64,000 nucleotides of DNA from an uncultured Verrucomicrobiae bacterium. GTDB taxonomy: Bacteria > Verrucomicrobiota > Verrucomicrobiia > Limisphaerales > Palsa-1400. The notes beneath the pieces were generated by a model that ran no database searches, was not told the DNA's origin, and saw nothing but the letters and a program-made list of their open reading frames with translations. This document shows positions 20,800 to 30,192 of the stretch, piece after piece. Position 1 is the first letter of the stretch. The number at the start of each line of letters is the position of its first letter. A program made the translations under genes and the position numbers. The stretch covers positions 416,001-480,000 of the forward strand of contig CAVXRD010000001.1 of NCBI GenBank assembly GCA_963764165.1, read 5' to 3'.

Positions 20800-21126
20800 T
20801 CATTTGAATCTCCAGAAGCTTCTCAATTTCATGTCGCCGCGTGCAACACTCCACAATCCTGGAAACTCGTCGATGGAGTATGCTCGAAGAAATCTGCCGA
20901 TGACGGGAAAAGAAGGAGATGTGCCGCGCCCTGTCGTGCGGAAGCGATAGCGGTGGGCCGCCGCGCCGTCAATCGTCTGCAACTCGTCGGTGACGATAAC
21001 AGGACTGCCAGCCGTCCAGTGAAGCAGCAACATGACGAGAAGCAACGTGGGCAAGAAAATGATGAGCAGCACACAGGCCGCGAACCGTTCAGGCAGTGAC
21101 AACCAAAATGGCTTGAAAGAACTCAT
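20800..21126 (-). CDS. Truncated or degenerate bacterial sugar transferase (phosphoglycosyl transferase-like)
   Basis: ER-FAA..LLII.LP membrane segment, GSPVI, YRFRT, IGRFLRAYSIDEFPGLWSVARGDMKL; stops before VGPRP. Confidence 0.7.
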   Translation of the reverse strand: MSSFKPFWLSLPERFAACVLLIIFLPTLLLVMLLLHWTAGSPVIVTDELQTIDGAAAHRYRFRTTGRGTSPSFPVIGRFLRAYSIDEFPGLWSVARGDMKLRSFWRFK

Positions 21127-21569
21127 GCGCAACCGATTAAGTTCAAAGTCTGTTTTACAATGGAAAACAAACACGGTGTGGTAAATATGGCCACTTTGCG
21201 GCGAAAATCGAGCAATTTCCATAACCTGTCAGCAGCAAGGTAAATCGAGCAGAACCGGATAGCGAGCCATTCAGTTCGCCGGTTTTGCCGTCGAAGGTTC
21301 GTTGAGCTGGGCTTTGGCCTCTCATTGCGCCGAAGAGCGGCCCAGGCCGCTCGAAACGCAACGCTCCCTCAAGTGGCTGTTTCTCATTCGGCCGTTCGTG
21401 GTCGGTTTAGAGTGACCACTGACAGAAATACCCTCTAATCGTGTAATTACATCATTCATTGACGCAATAGAGTTCCAGCTTTATGTTTTCCATCTCGCCG
21501 TCAGGGCGTGTTCTTTGAAATTTCGCGGATTCCCGCGCCAGAAAGGGGGCGTGGTCAGAATCGGGTGAC

Positions 21570-21660
21570 AAGCGCGGCTGTGTCGAAGCAACGTAAACCC
21601 GAGAAACGCGCTGGATGATCCGAATATTGCCGCGGCTGGTCTTCGACACAGCCGCGGTCC
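21570..21660. repeat. REP-like family 3 doublet (left arm truncated)
   Basis: AAGCGCGGCTGTGTCGAAG (21570-21588) and GCCGCGGCTGGTCTTCGACACAGCCGCGGTCC (21629-21660). Confidence 0.8.
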
Positions 21661-21856
21661 GCAAAACTGTCTGCGCGCTTCACACATTTCTAAATCGTGA
21701 TTGGGGCGTTGCACGCTATTGCACCCTATTTCACCCTTGGTTTTCGCGAGAAGGATATCCGGGGAAAAGTGCAGCCAACAGAAGCACCCAAAGGAAAACG
21801 AAAGGGAACGACGGAAAGACGCCGCGCTTCATGCAACCCGACAGCGCGGGAAGAAA

Positions 21857-21940
21857 TGTTGCGGGTCTGTTGCGGGTTTGTTGCTATTTTTGTTGCCCCT
21901 TATCTCGTTGATGGTCAACCGTGTAGCGGGTGTTGCCCCT
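21857..21940 (+). repeat. Phased TGTTGC direct repeats
   Basis: TGTTGC at 21857, 21868, 21879, 21891 and 21931; small hairpin GTTGA-TGG-TCAAC between the last two. Confidence 0.7.
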
Positions 21941-22223
21941 TTTTCGAGATCATACACTATACCGAGCTTTGGCCAAGCCAGTGCCAAGCCTGGGTTCCAA
22001 ATGGGTTGTCCCGCAACGACGGCTAACGAGTTGTCTCATTCCACCGAAAATGGCGTACTCAACGATGTAACGGGTGTAGCGGCTCTTTAGAGCTTATATG
22101 CTATTTGCATTTAATGCTGTGCTCTGCCTCAGCCCTGCTTGGCTTCCCGCGAACTTGGCCTTGGCGTTTTCAGGGCATTAGCCGTAATCTCAAACTATCA
22201 AACCATTCAACAACGGCGTCTGT

Positions 22224-23891
22224 ATGCGCAAAGGCTTTCTTGCGATGTTTCTCTCGGCCATCGCGCCGGTCGCCATTGCGCAACCAAACCCAATCCAAGT
22301 CAATATCACCGTGAATGCTGCCAGGCCACTTGGAGAACTGAAACCGATCTGGCGGATGTTTGGCGCAGACGAGCCGAATTACGCATCGATGCGCGACGGC
22401 AAAAAGCTCGTCCATGAATTAGGGGCGTTAAAGCCAGACGGCGTCTTTTTCCGCGCCCACAATTTGCTTTGTTCCGGCGATGGCACACCCGCTCTCAAGT
22501 GGGGATCGACGGGAGCATATTCGGAGGATTCCCATGGAAACCCGATTTATGATTGGAAAATTCTGGATGGCATTTTCGATGTCTATCGTGACAACGGCGT
22601 GCGGCCTTACGCGCAAATCGGCTTCATGCCCGAAGCGCTTTCCACCCATCCCGAACCATACCAGCACCACTGGAGGCCCGGCGACAAATACAGCGACATC
22701 GAAACTGGCTGGGCCTATCCGCCGAAGGATTACGGGCGCTGGCGCGAGCTGGTTCAACAATGGGCCGGGCATTGCGTGGAGCGCTACGGAAAATCCGAGG
22801 TGGAAAAATGGTATTGGGAAGTTTGGAACGAAGCCAACGGCGCTTATTGGAAATCCACCCCGCAGGAATTCTTCAAGCTGCACGATTATGCCGTCGATGG
22901 CGTCCGCCGCGCGCTTCCAACCGCGCGCGTCGGCGGCCCGGACACGGCGGGGCCGGGCGGAAAATGGATGCGCGAGTTCATCGAGCATTGCCTGCGCGGG
23001 ACGAACGCGGCCACCGGCAAGATCGGCACTCCGCTCGATTTCATCTCCTTTCACGCCAAAGGCGCGCCGGAATTCACCAACAACCATGTCCGCATGGGCA
23101 TCGCCAATCAATTGCGCGCGGTCGACGATGGTTTTCGCCTCATCAAATCGTATCCCGAATTGAGCGGCATCCCGATTGTCATCGGCGAATGCGATCCTGA
23201 TGGTTGCGCGGCGTGCCAGGGCCAGCAACTCGGCTATCGAAACACAACGATGTATTCCAGCTACACCGCCGCGAGTTTCGCGCGCATTTGGGAACTGGCT
23301 CGAATCGACGAAGTGAATCTGGACGCCGCGCTGACGTGGGCTTTTGAATTTGAAAACCAGCCGCCCTTTGCCGGCTTCCGCCAGCTCGCCAGCGCCGGAA
23401 TTGATTTGCCGGTGTTAAACGTGTTCCGGATGTTCAGCCAGCTTCGAGGCCAGCAAATCGAGGCATCCAGCGATGGCCAGATTCCTTTGCGCACGATGTT
23501 GCAAACCGGAGTTCGCGAGAAGCCGGACATCGCCTCCCTCGCGGCACTCGATAACAATCATTTGGCAGTGATGATCTGGCATTATCACGATGACGACCTG
23601 CCTGGAGCTTCCGCCGACGTCGCGCTGCGCATTGAAGGAATTCCGGCTTCCGGCGCGAATCTCACCCGCTACACCATCGACGACGAACACAGCAACGCCT
23701 ACACCGCGTGGCTGCGAATGGGTTCGCCAGCGACTTTTGCGACACAGCAAAGGGAAGCCCTGGAACATGCGGGGCAATTGGAGATAATCGACAAGCCGCA
23801 GCCGTTGAAAATCGATCACGGCGCCTTGTCAATCAAGCTGGCGATCCCGCGGCAAGCGGTCGAATTGCTGGTCTTCGACCTCTTGCCATAG
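22224..23891 (+). CDS. Glycoside hydrolase family 39 beta-xylosidase, secreted
   Basis: Signal peptide; IGFMPEAL, YPPKDY..W, WEVWNE acid/base, LDFISFHAKG, IVIGE nucleophile. Confidence 0.9.
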   Translation: MRKGFLAMFLSAIAPVAIAQPNPIQVNITVNAARPLGELKPIWRMFGADEPNYASMRDGKKLVHELGALKPDGVFFRAHNLLCSGDGTPALKWGSTGAYSEDSHGNPIYDWKILDGIFDVYRDNGVRPYAQIGFMPEALSTHPEPYQHHWRPGDKYSDIETGWAYPPKDYGRWRELVQQWAGHCVERYGKSEVEKWYWEVWNEANGAYWKSTPQEFFKLHDYAVDGVRRALPTARVGGPDTAGPGGKWMREFIEHCLRGTNAATGKIGTPLDFISFHAKGAPEFTNNHVRMGIANQLRAVDDGFRLIKSYPELSGIPIVIGECDPDGCAACQGQQLGYRNTTMYSSYTAASFARIWELARIDEVNLDAALTWAFEFENQPPFAGFRQLASAGIDLPVLNVFRMFSQLRGQQIEASSDGQIPLRTMLQTGVREKPDIASLAALDNNHLAVMIWHYHDDDLPGASADVALRIEGIPASGANLTRYTIDDEHSNAYTAWLRMGSPATFATQQREALEHAGQLEIIDKPQPLKIDHGALSIKLAIPRQAVELLVFDLLP

Positions 23892-23916
23892 CGACTTTTC
23901 CGAAAATTAAACACTG

Positions 23917-24065
23917 GCCACAGATTGACGCAGATCAACACAAATGAATGAAACACAGCACAAATCATCTCGGCGCCAGGCAGTCGAGCGCAGGATCAAT
24001 GAGTGTTCGCGCTCGGGATTCTGCAGCTTGTCAGAAATCTGTGTTGATCTGTGTCAATCTGCGGC
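23917..24065. repeat. Palindromic element with 10-nt periodic arms
   Basis: GCCACAGATTGACGCAGATCAACACAAAT (23917-23945) versus reverse complement of 24037-24065, 26/29 identical. Confidence 0.88.
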
Positions 24066-24082
24066 TTCAACGCCTTCTGTGG

Positions 24083-24111
24083 TTGTCATTTTGGAAGGCA
24101 GCTACTAAAGT
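24083..24111 (+). promoter_or_regulatory. Putative sigma70-type promoter of the pfkB-ebo gene run
   Basis: TTGTCA-N17-TAAAGT. Confidence 0.5.
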
Positions 24112-24147
24112 CCCGCCTGATTAAATAATTTAAATTCAAAAACGAAA

Positions 24148-25053
24148 ATGAGTGTTTTGATTGTTGGTTCCACGGCGCTTGATTCCATTAAGACTCCCAA
24201 GTCGGAGAATTCCCGGCTGCTGGGCGGCTCGGCCAGCCACGCGGCGATTGCGGCCAGTTTCTTCTCGCCGGTGCAGCTCGTCGGCGTGGTGGGTGATGAT
24301 TTTCCCAAACCCTACATCCAGCTTTACCGCAAGCATAAGATTGATCTCGAAGGCTTGCAGATTGTCACCGGCAAAACATTTCACTGGTCTGGCGAATATG
24401 AAGTCAACATGAATAATCGCCGCACGCTGACGACCGAACTTGGCGTGTTTGAATCTTTCAATCCGCTTCTGCCGAAATCCTACCAAGCCGCCCAATTTGT
24501 GCTGCTGGCCAACATCGCGCCCGCCCTGCAGCACCACGTTCTCGACCAGATGAAACGGCCCAAATTGGTCGTGGCCGACACAATGGATCTGTGGCTGAAC
24601 ATTGCGCTGCCGGAATTGTTGAAATTGCTCCCGCGTGTGGATGGTTTTGTTTTGAACGAGAGCGAGGCCAAGCAATTGACTCAGGAGGATAATCTGTTTG
24701 TCGCCGCCAAAAAAATCCGCAAGATGGGTCCCAAGTTTGTCATCATCAAGAAAGGCGAGCATGGCGCCATTCTGTCCAGCCGCGGCGGGCTTTTTATTTC
24801 CCCCGCATATCCGCTGGAAAAAGTCGTCGACCCGACGGGCGCCGGCGACTCATTCGTGGGCGGCATGATGGGTTACCTCGCGACCGCCAAGGGGCCGGTG
24901 GAAGGCAATTTGCGCAAGGCCATGATTTACGGAAGCATCGTCGCCTCGTTCTGCTGCGAGGGATTCGGCGTCAAAGCCACGACGCGTGTGAAACGAGCAG
25001 ACATCGAGAAGCGCCACAAAGTGCTCGAAGATTTGACACGTTTCGTGGACTAG
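24148..25053 (+). CDS. PfkB family carbohydrate/nucleoside kinase
   Basis: LGGSA, VGVVGDD, NESEA, IKKGEHGA, DPTGAGDSF signature. Confidence 0.93.
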   Translation: MSVLIVGSTALDSIKTPKSENSRLLGGSASHAAIAASFFSPVQLVGVVGDDFPKPYIQLYRKHKIDLEGLQIVTGKTFHWSGEYEVNMNNRRTLTTELGVFESFNPLLPKSYQAAQFVLLANIAPALQHHVLDQMKRPKLVVADTMDLWLNIALPELLKLLPRVDGFVLNESEAKQLTQEDNLFVAAKKIRKMGPKFVIIKKGEHGAILSSRGGLFISPAYPLEKVVDPTGAGDSFVGGMMGYLATAKGPVEGNLRKAMIYGSIVASFCCEGFGVKATTRVKRADIEKRHKVLEDLTRFVD

Positions 25054-25077
25054 CCACGCAAGTTGGCGTAAGGTGGA

Positions 25078-25356
25078 ATGCGTATGAAACGCGATCAAGT
25101 CACCGATCTCTATTTCATGGAGGCCCGCGCCAAGCTGATCGATCTCGCGGCATTTTTGGATCGCGTTGATCGCGCGGAGGGTTCGGACGATTTTCGCGTC
25201 GCGGCCCTTCGCAAGGCGCTGGATGAGCTTTCCGTCAATTCGCCTGACCGCGTCAATCGCGTCCTGCTCAGCTTGAGCGATCCCACGACCGAGCCGCTCG
25301 CCGCCGCCACCACAAAGGCCGCCTCGGGCGCGTGGCCGGGTGCGGCGATGAAATAA
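25078..25356 (+). CDS. Small hypothetical helical protein
   Basis: 92 aa filling the operon gap; [28 protein letters not shown]; start may be 25084. Confidence 0.78.
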   Translation: MRMKRDQVTDLYFMEARAKLIDLAAFLDRVDRAEGSDDFRVAALRKALDELSVNSPDRVNRVLLSLSDPTTEPLAAATTKAASGAWPGAAMK

Positions 25357-25367
25357 TTTTCCGCCGC

Positions 25368-26174
25368 ATGCGCTTCATCGAACCACACGGGCACATGGTC
25401 AGCCGCACGACGGATGATTACATGGCGCTGGCAACCGCCGGATGCCAGGCAGTTTGCGAGCCGGCGTTTTGGGCGGGATACGACCGCAGCTCCGTGGACG
25501 GATTCTACGATTACTTTCGCCAGCTCACAGAATACGAACCGAAGCGCGCGGCAAAATTCGGTTTGACGCATTACTGCTGGATTTGCCTGAATCCAAAGGA
25601 GTCCGAGGACATCAAACTCGCCACAGAAGTTTTGGAGATCATCCCGAAATTTCTGGATCGGCCGACCGTGCTCGGCATTGGCGAGATTGGATTAAACAAA
25701 AACAGCCGCAACGAGCTGGCGATATTTGAGAGGCACGTCCAAATCGCGGTCGATTACAAACAGCTTATTTTGATTCACACGCCGCACCTCGAGGACAAGC
25801 TCAAGGGCACGCGCTTGATCGTCGACGCCTTGAAATCCGACAAACGCATCGATCCAAGCCGCGTTATTATTGACCACGTCGAGGAGCACACGATCAAACT
25901 CGTGCTGGACGCCGGATTCTGGGCCGGGATGACGTTGTATCCGGAATCGAAATGCACCGCGGCGCGCGCTGCGGACATGATCGAGCAATACGGAAACGAG
26001 CGACTCTGGATGAACAGCGCCTGCGATTGGGGCGTGAGCGTTCCGCTGGCCGTGCCGCGGGCGGCGTTGGAAATGCGCCTGCGCGGGCACACGCCGGAGG
26101 CCATCGACAAGCTGGTTTACCAGAATCCGCGCGCTTTCCTCAGTCAATCAAAGAATTTTTCCCACCTGTCCTGA
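25368..26174 (+). CDS. TatD family metallohydrolase (EboB-like)
   Basis: EPHGHM.SRTTDDY, IGEIG, IHTPH, IIDH, NSACDWG; stop overlaps the eboE start (TGATG). Confidence 0.9.
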   Translation: MRFIEPHGHMVSRTTDDYMALATAGCQAVCEPAFWAGYDRSSVDGFYDYFRQLTEYEPKRAAKFGLTHYCWICLNPKESEDIKLATEVLEIIPKFLDRPTVLGIGEIGLNKNSRNELAIFERHVQIAVDYKQLILIHTPHLEDKLKGTRLIVDALKSDKRIDPSRVIIDHVEEHTIKLVLDAGFWAGMTLYPESKCTAARAADMIEQYGNERLWMNSACDWGVSVPLAVPRAALEMRLRGHTPEAIDKLVYQNPRAFLSQSKNFSHLS

Positions 26175-27352
26175 TGCTGCTGGCCAAAGGTCATCATCTC
26201 GCCTACTGCGCGAATATTCACCGCGGCGAAAGCTGGGCGGAGACGCTGCGGGCGCTGGAGACGCACACGCTCGAAGTCAAACATAAGGTTTGCCCTTCGG
26301 AGCCTTACGCCATTGGCTTGCGCCTTAGCGCCCAGGCAGCCCGCGAATTGTCGGACAGCGAAACCTTGCTGGAATTTCAGCGGTGGCTTGAGGTGCATCA
26401 CTGCTACGTTTTTACAATCAACGGATTTCCCTTTGGCCGATTCCATGGGCAGCGCGTGAAGGAGCAGGTTTACCGTCCAGATTGGACGTCGCGCGAGCGC
26501 CTGGAATACACAAATCTTCTTTTCGACATTCTGGCGCAACTCGTTCCGGCTGGCGTCGAGGGAAGCGTGAGCACTCTGCCCGGCTCGTTCAAGGAGTTCA
26601 TCGAAACGACCGAGCAGCAGAAAGCGATTCGCGATAATTTATTCAATTGCGTAAAACATATTGAGCGCCGGAGCGCCGAGAGCGGGCGAACGCTGCACCT
26701 TGGAGTGGAACCGGAACCGCTGGGATTGTTCGAGACAACGGCGGAGACCATCGCGTTCTTCGGCCAATTGCGCGATGAGCACTCCAACGATCCGCGTTTG
26801 GAGAAATTTCTCGGGGTCAATTACGACACCTGCCATCTTGCGGTTGAATATGAGGATCCCGTTGCGTCGCTTTCTGAACTGAGCCGGAACCGAATCAAGA
26901 TCAGCAAGCTTCATCTGAGTTCGGCGCTCAAAGCCAAGGCGACCACGGCCGCCCGCTCGGCGCTGGCGCAATTTTCAGAAGACGTCTACCTGCATCAAGT
27001 CGTGGCGCGCGATTCGCACGGCCAACTCACCCGCTACCGCGACTTGGGAGACGCGTTGAAGGCCGATAAACCCGCCGAGGAATGGCGTGTGCATTTTCAC
27101 GTCCCTCTGCATGGCGCGGCGACCAATTTATTCGAGCCAACGACCGATCACCTGCTCGGCGCTCTCGACGTCCTGAAAGCTGATCCGCAGCTTTGCACGC
27201 ACCTGGAAATGGAAACCTACACATGGGAAGTGCTCCCCTCAACAATGAAAAGCGCGAGCGTCGTCGATCAACTTTGCTCTGAATACGAATGGTGCCTGCA
27301 AAAACTCAATGGACGCGGATTGGGCCTAGCCAACTCCGAAAACGCCGTCTAA
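26174..27352 (+). CDS. eboE: Metabolite traffic protein EboE (TIM-barrel, xylose isomerase-like)
   Basis: HLAYC.NIH.GESW, FTINGFPFGRFH..VKEQVY.PDW, EPEP, YDTCHLAVEYE, YLHQV, WRVHFHVP, HLEMETYTW.VLP. Confidence 0.9.
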   Translation: MLLAKGHHLAYCANIHRGESWAETLRALETHTLEVKHKVCPSEPYAIGLRLSAQAARELSDSETLLEFQRWLEVHHCYVFTINGFPFGRFHGQRVKEQVYRPDWTSRERLEYTNLLFDILAQLVPAGVEGSVSTLPGSFKEFIETTEQQKAIRDNLFNCVKHIERRSAESGRTLHLGVEPEPLGLFETTAETIAFFGQLRDEHSNDPRLEKFLGVNYDTCHLAVEYEDPVASLSELSRNRIKISKLHLSSALKAKATTAARSALAQFSEDVYLHQVVARDSHGQLTRYRDLGDALKADKPAEEWRVHFHVPLHGAATNLFEPTTDHLLGALDVLKADPQLCTHLEMETYTWEVLPSTMKSASVVDQLCSEYEWCLQKLNGRGLGLANSENAV

Positions 27353-27396
27353 CCTTGCTATGGATCATTATTTCTGGCACATCGAAACGCTCTTTT

Positions 27397-29049
27397 ATGC
27401 GAACCGGTCATAAGTTTCTGTCAACGCTCGTCTTCTTGGCATTCGCCTTGATTTCTCCCAAGTCGTTCGCAGCGGGAGGAACGGGCGACGTGGCGATTCG
27501 ATACCATTTCGCCGGCGCGACCAAACTGGCGCCTGATACAAACTTCGCGCGAAGCCAGGCGATTTTTTCGATTCCGCCAGCACGGATTTTCGAGGAATAC
27601 GTGTTGAATCGGCTGGCTGACCGAACCGCATCCGCGCTGCAACTAACGGCTGCGGGCGCGGCCCAGGCTCCCATTCGTCCATTGTTCGACACCCTTTTGC
27701 AGGCGGAATCGACGGGCTGTTTCGGTGGAACCGACAAGGCGCATATGGATTTCGTGATCGCGCTCCGGGCCAATGCAACGACGGTCGCGATTTGGGAACG
27801 AGCCTTGGGCGCCGCCTCGCATTCACCGGGCGATCCCATTTCCTTCGACGGTTTCGCGGGCAAGAGCTGGAAGGTTTCCGGCAGTCATCCCCTGTGGCAA
27901 ATCACCGCCCGCGATTGGCTGGTAGTGGGGCGCGGTGAGGATTTGGCGGCGACTCGCGAGCAATATCTGCAAAGCATCAAGAAGATAGACTTTCCAGCCA
28001 CAGTTTCCGGGGAAGCCTGGCTGAGCGCTGATATCGATTGGCCGCTTCTTTCGAATTGGGCTTCGCTGTACGACTGCCCGTTCAAGCTCGCCAAGACCAA
28101 GGTGGATGTGACCATCAAAAATGGCCGGATGCGCGCGACCGCAATTGTCAAGTATCCGGCGGAGATTCCGTGGCAGCCCCAGCCGTGGCATGTTCCCCGC
28201 GAGCTGATGAACAACCCGCTGAGCAGCTTCACCGCCAGCCAGGACCTGGCGGCCTACCTGAGTCTTGGCCCGGGCCTTTCGCAATTGGCTGGAAGCCCGC
28301 TCACGAACCAATTTTTTTGCTGGGCCTCGCGCGAGATGCCTCTGGAGAGCTGCGGCGCGTGGCCGGTCGCGGACAGCACCAACACCTTGCGCAAAGTGGG
28401 CGCGGACGGCCCAGTTGTCCTGAATCCCCTCTTGACGCCGCGCGGCGGATCGCAGTTGAAGTGGTTGGCCAAGAAGGACGTGCTTGTTTGGGAGCCCATG
28501 AAGCTCACCTCGCCGGAGCTTTCGGCGCGGCGAACCAAAGACGGAGATTTTTTGCTCGCGGAAATATTTCCGAAGGTGGGCGATCATGCGCCGGTCCCTG
28601 AGCAGTTGCTCAAGCAGTTCGACCAGAACCAGAATTTAGTTTACTACGATTGGGAGCTTACCGGACTCCGGTTGAAACAGTGGCGCGTGCTGTCGGAACT
28701 TCTGCCCGTGCTTCCAACTCCATCCGCCGCGGACAAGGCGCGCTGGCAAAAGGCGGCTCAGAGCATGACGAACTCCACGGCTGCGAACCAACCGAAGAAT
28801 GCCACCGCCCTGGTCGATGCGTGGCTGGCCGGGCTTAGCAATCCTATACTTGACAATACGGTGACCCAGATCACGCGGACTTCGCCGACCGAGCTTTCCG
28901 TGGTGCGCAATTCCGAGCTTTTGTTCACGGGGGTTGAGCTGGTTTACATTTCACATTGGCTGGCGGATGCGCCGATTGGCCCCATCGACGGCGCCCTGCT
29001 CCCGTGGGCCAAGATGTCCGGCCCCGGCGCAAACTTGCTTCACCATTGA
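27397..29049 (+). CDS. Hypothetical secreted protein
   Basis: Long ORF with signal peptide after ATG 27397; no family recognised. Confidence 0.78.
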   Translation: MRTGHKFLSTLVFLAFALISPKSFAAGGTGDVAIRYHFAGATKLAPDTNFARSQAIFSIPPARIFEEYVLNRLADRTASALQLTAAGAAQAPIRPLFDTLLQAESTGCFGGTDKAHMDFVIALRANATTVAIWERALGAASHSPGDPISFDGFAGKSWKVSGSHPLWQITARDWLVVGRGEDLAATREQYLQSIKKIDFPATVSGEAWLSADIDWPLLSNWASLYDCPFKLAKTKVDVTIKNGRMRATAIVKYPAEIPWQPQPWHVPRELMNNPLSSFTASQDLAAYLSLGPGLSQLAGSPLTNQFFCWASREMPLESCGAWPVADSTNTLRKVGADGPVVLNPLLTPRGGSQLKWLAKKDVLVWEPMKLTSPELSARRTKDGDFLLAEIFPKVGDHAPVPEQLLKQFDQNQNLVYYDWELTGLRLKQWRVLSELLPVLPTPSAADKARWQKAAQSMTNSTAANQPKNATALVDAWLAGLSNPILDNTVTQITRTSPTELSVVRNSELLFTGVELVYISHWLADAPIGPIDGALLPWAKMSGPGANLLHH

Positions 29050-29054
29050 CGGCC

Positions 29055-29804
29055 ATGCTGAAACTTGGCGTAAACATAGACCACGTGGCGACCCTGCGGC
29101 AGGCGCGCTACCGCGGGCGCGAACGCGGCGAGCCGGATCCCATCGAGGCGGCGCTGATTTGCGAATCGGCAGGGGCGCACGGCATCACGGCGCATCTCCG
29201 CGAAGACCGGCGGCACATTTTGGATCGCGACATCCGCCAGCTTCGCCAAGCCATCAAGAGCCGGCTGAATTTCGAAATGGCGAATGCTCCAGAAATTGTC
29301 AGCATCGCGCTTGAGGTCAAGCCGGACATAGTTTGCATTGTGCCGGAGAAGCGCGAGGAAGTGACGACTGAGGGCGGGCTCGATGCGTCGGGCCATTGGA
29401 CGGCCCTGACCGAAACGCGCCAGCGCATGAACGATGCAGGAATCGACGTGAGCCTTTTCATCGCGCCCGAAGCAGAGCAGGTGAAGGCGGCGGCGAGGAT
29501 CGGCAGCCAGTTTATAGAATTGCACACTGGCCAGTTTGCGGAAAATTTCCATCGCAAACGCGAGCGGGCCGTGGAATTGGCGCGGCTCGTCAGCGCGGCG
29601 GAATTGGCCCACAGCCTTGGCTTGCGCGTCAACGCGGGGCACGGGTTGAACTATCAAAACCTCGCAGTCGTCCGGCAAGTCCCGCATCTGGTCGAGTTGA
29701 ACATCGGCCACAGCATCATCAGCCGCTCCATCGTCGTTGGTCTTGCGACCGCCGTGCGCGAAATGCTCCTGCTGACGAGCTCGCCCGCAGAAACCAATAC
29801 TTGA
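29055..29804 (+). CDS. pdxJ: Pyridoxine 5'-phosphate synthase
   Basis: LGVNIDHVATLRQAR, HLREDRRHI, VPEKREEVTTEGG, IELHTG, NAGHGL, ELNIGHSII. Confidence 0.97.
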   Translation: MLKLGVNIDHVATLRQARYRGRERGEPDPIEAALICESAGAHGITAHLREDRRHILDRDIRQLRQAIKSRLNFEMANAPEIVSIALEVKPDIVCIVPEKREEVTTEGGLDASGHWTALTETRQRMNDAGIDVSLFIAPEAEQVKAAARIGSQFIELHTGQFAENFHRKRERAVELARLVSAAELAHSLGLRVNAGHGLNYQNLAVVRQVPHLVELNIGHSIISRSIVVGLATAVREMLLLTSSPAETNT

Positions 29805-29814
29805 CAATAGCTCT

Positions 29815-30192
29815 GTGATCCTCGGCACCGGCACGGACATCATTGAGGTCGAGCGCGTGGACAGCGCCCACAAGCGGTTCGGCAGCCGCTTCGCCGAACG
29901 CATCCTGCGCGAAGCCGAATTGGCCTACTGCCTGTCACATAAATTTCCGGCCCCATTCCTCGCCGTTCGCTTCGCCGCCAAGGAGGCCGTCTCGAAAGCG
30001 TTCGGAACCGGCATCGGCGCGAAACTTGGCTGGCAGGACATCGAAATTTGCCGGAAGGAATCGGGCGAACCTTACATCGTGCTGCATGATCTCGGCAAGG
30101 CGCTCATGGAAGAGCGTGGCGGACGCATCGTCCACATCACGCTCAGCCACACCGAGAAATACGCCACCGCGACGGCGATCCTTGAGTCGTAA
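29815..30192 (+). CDS. acpS: Holo-[acyl-carrier-protein] synthase
   Basis: GTGTDIIEVER, RFAAKEAVSKAFGTGIG, SGEP, ITLSH. Confidence 0.95.
   Translation: MILGTGTDIIEVERVDSAHKRFGSRFAERILREAELAYCLSHKFPAPFLAVRFAAKEAVSKAFGTGIGAKLGWQDIEICRKESGEPYIVLHDLGKALMEERGGRIVHITLSHTEKYATATAILES

Noticed and set aside
21857..21940. Possible CRISPR array
   Set aside because: Units are 6-11 nt without unique spacers; no cas genes
21971..21988. Minus-strand TGGCAC...TGGC sigma54-like site
   Set aside because: -12 element imperfect and about 850 bp from the nearest gene on that strand
25952..26173. N-terminal extensions in the ORF track (eboE; also pdxJ from 28956, FGE protein from 33521, phosphoesterase from 43930)
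   Set aside because: They overlap upstream genes or intergenic DNA; family N-termini or signal peptides begin at downstream ATGs
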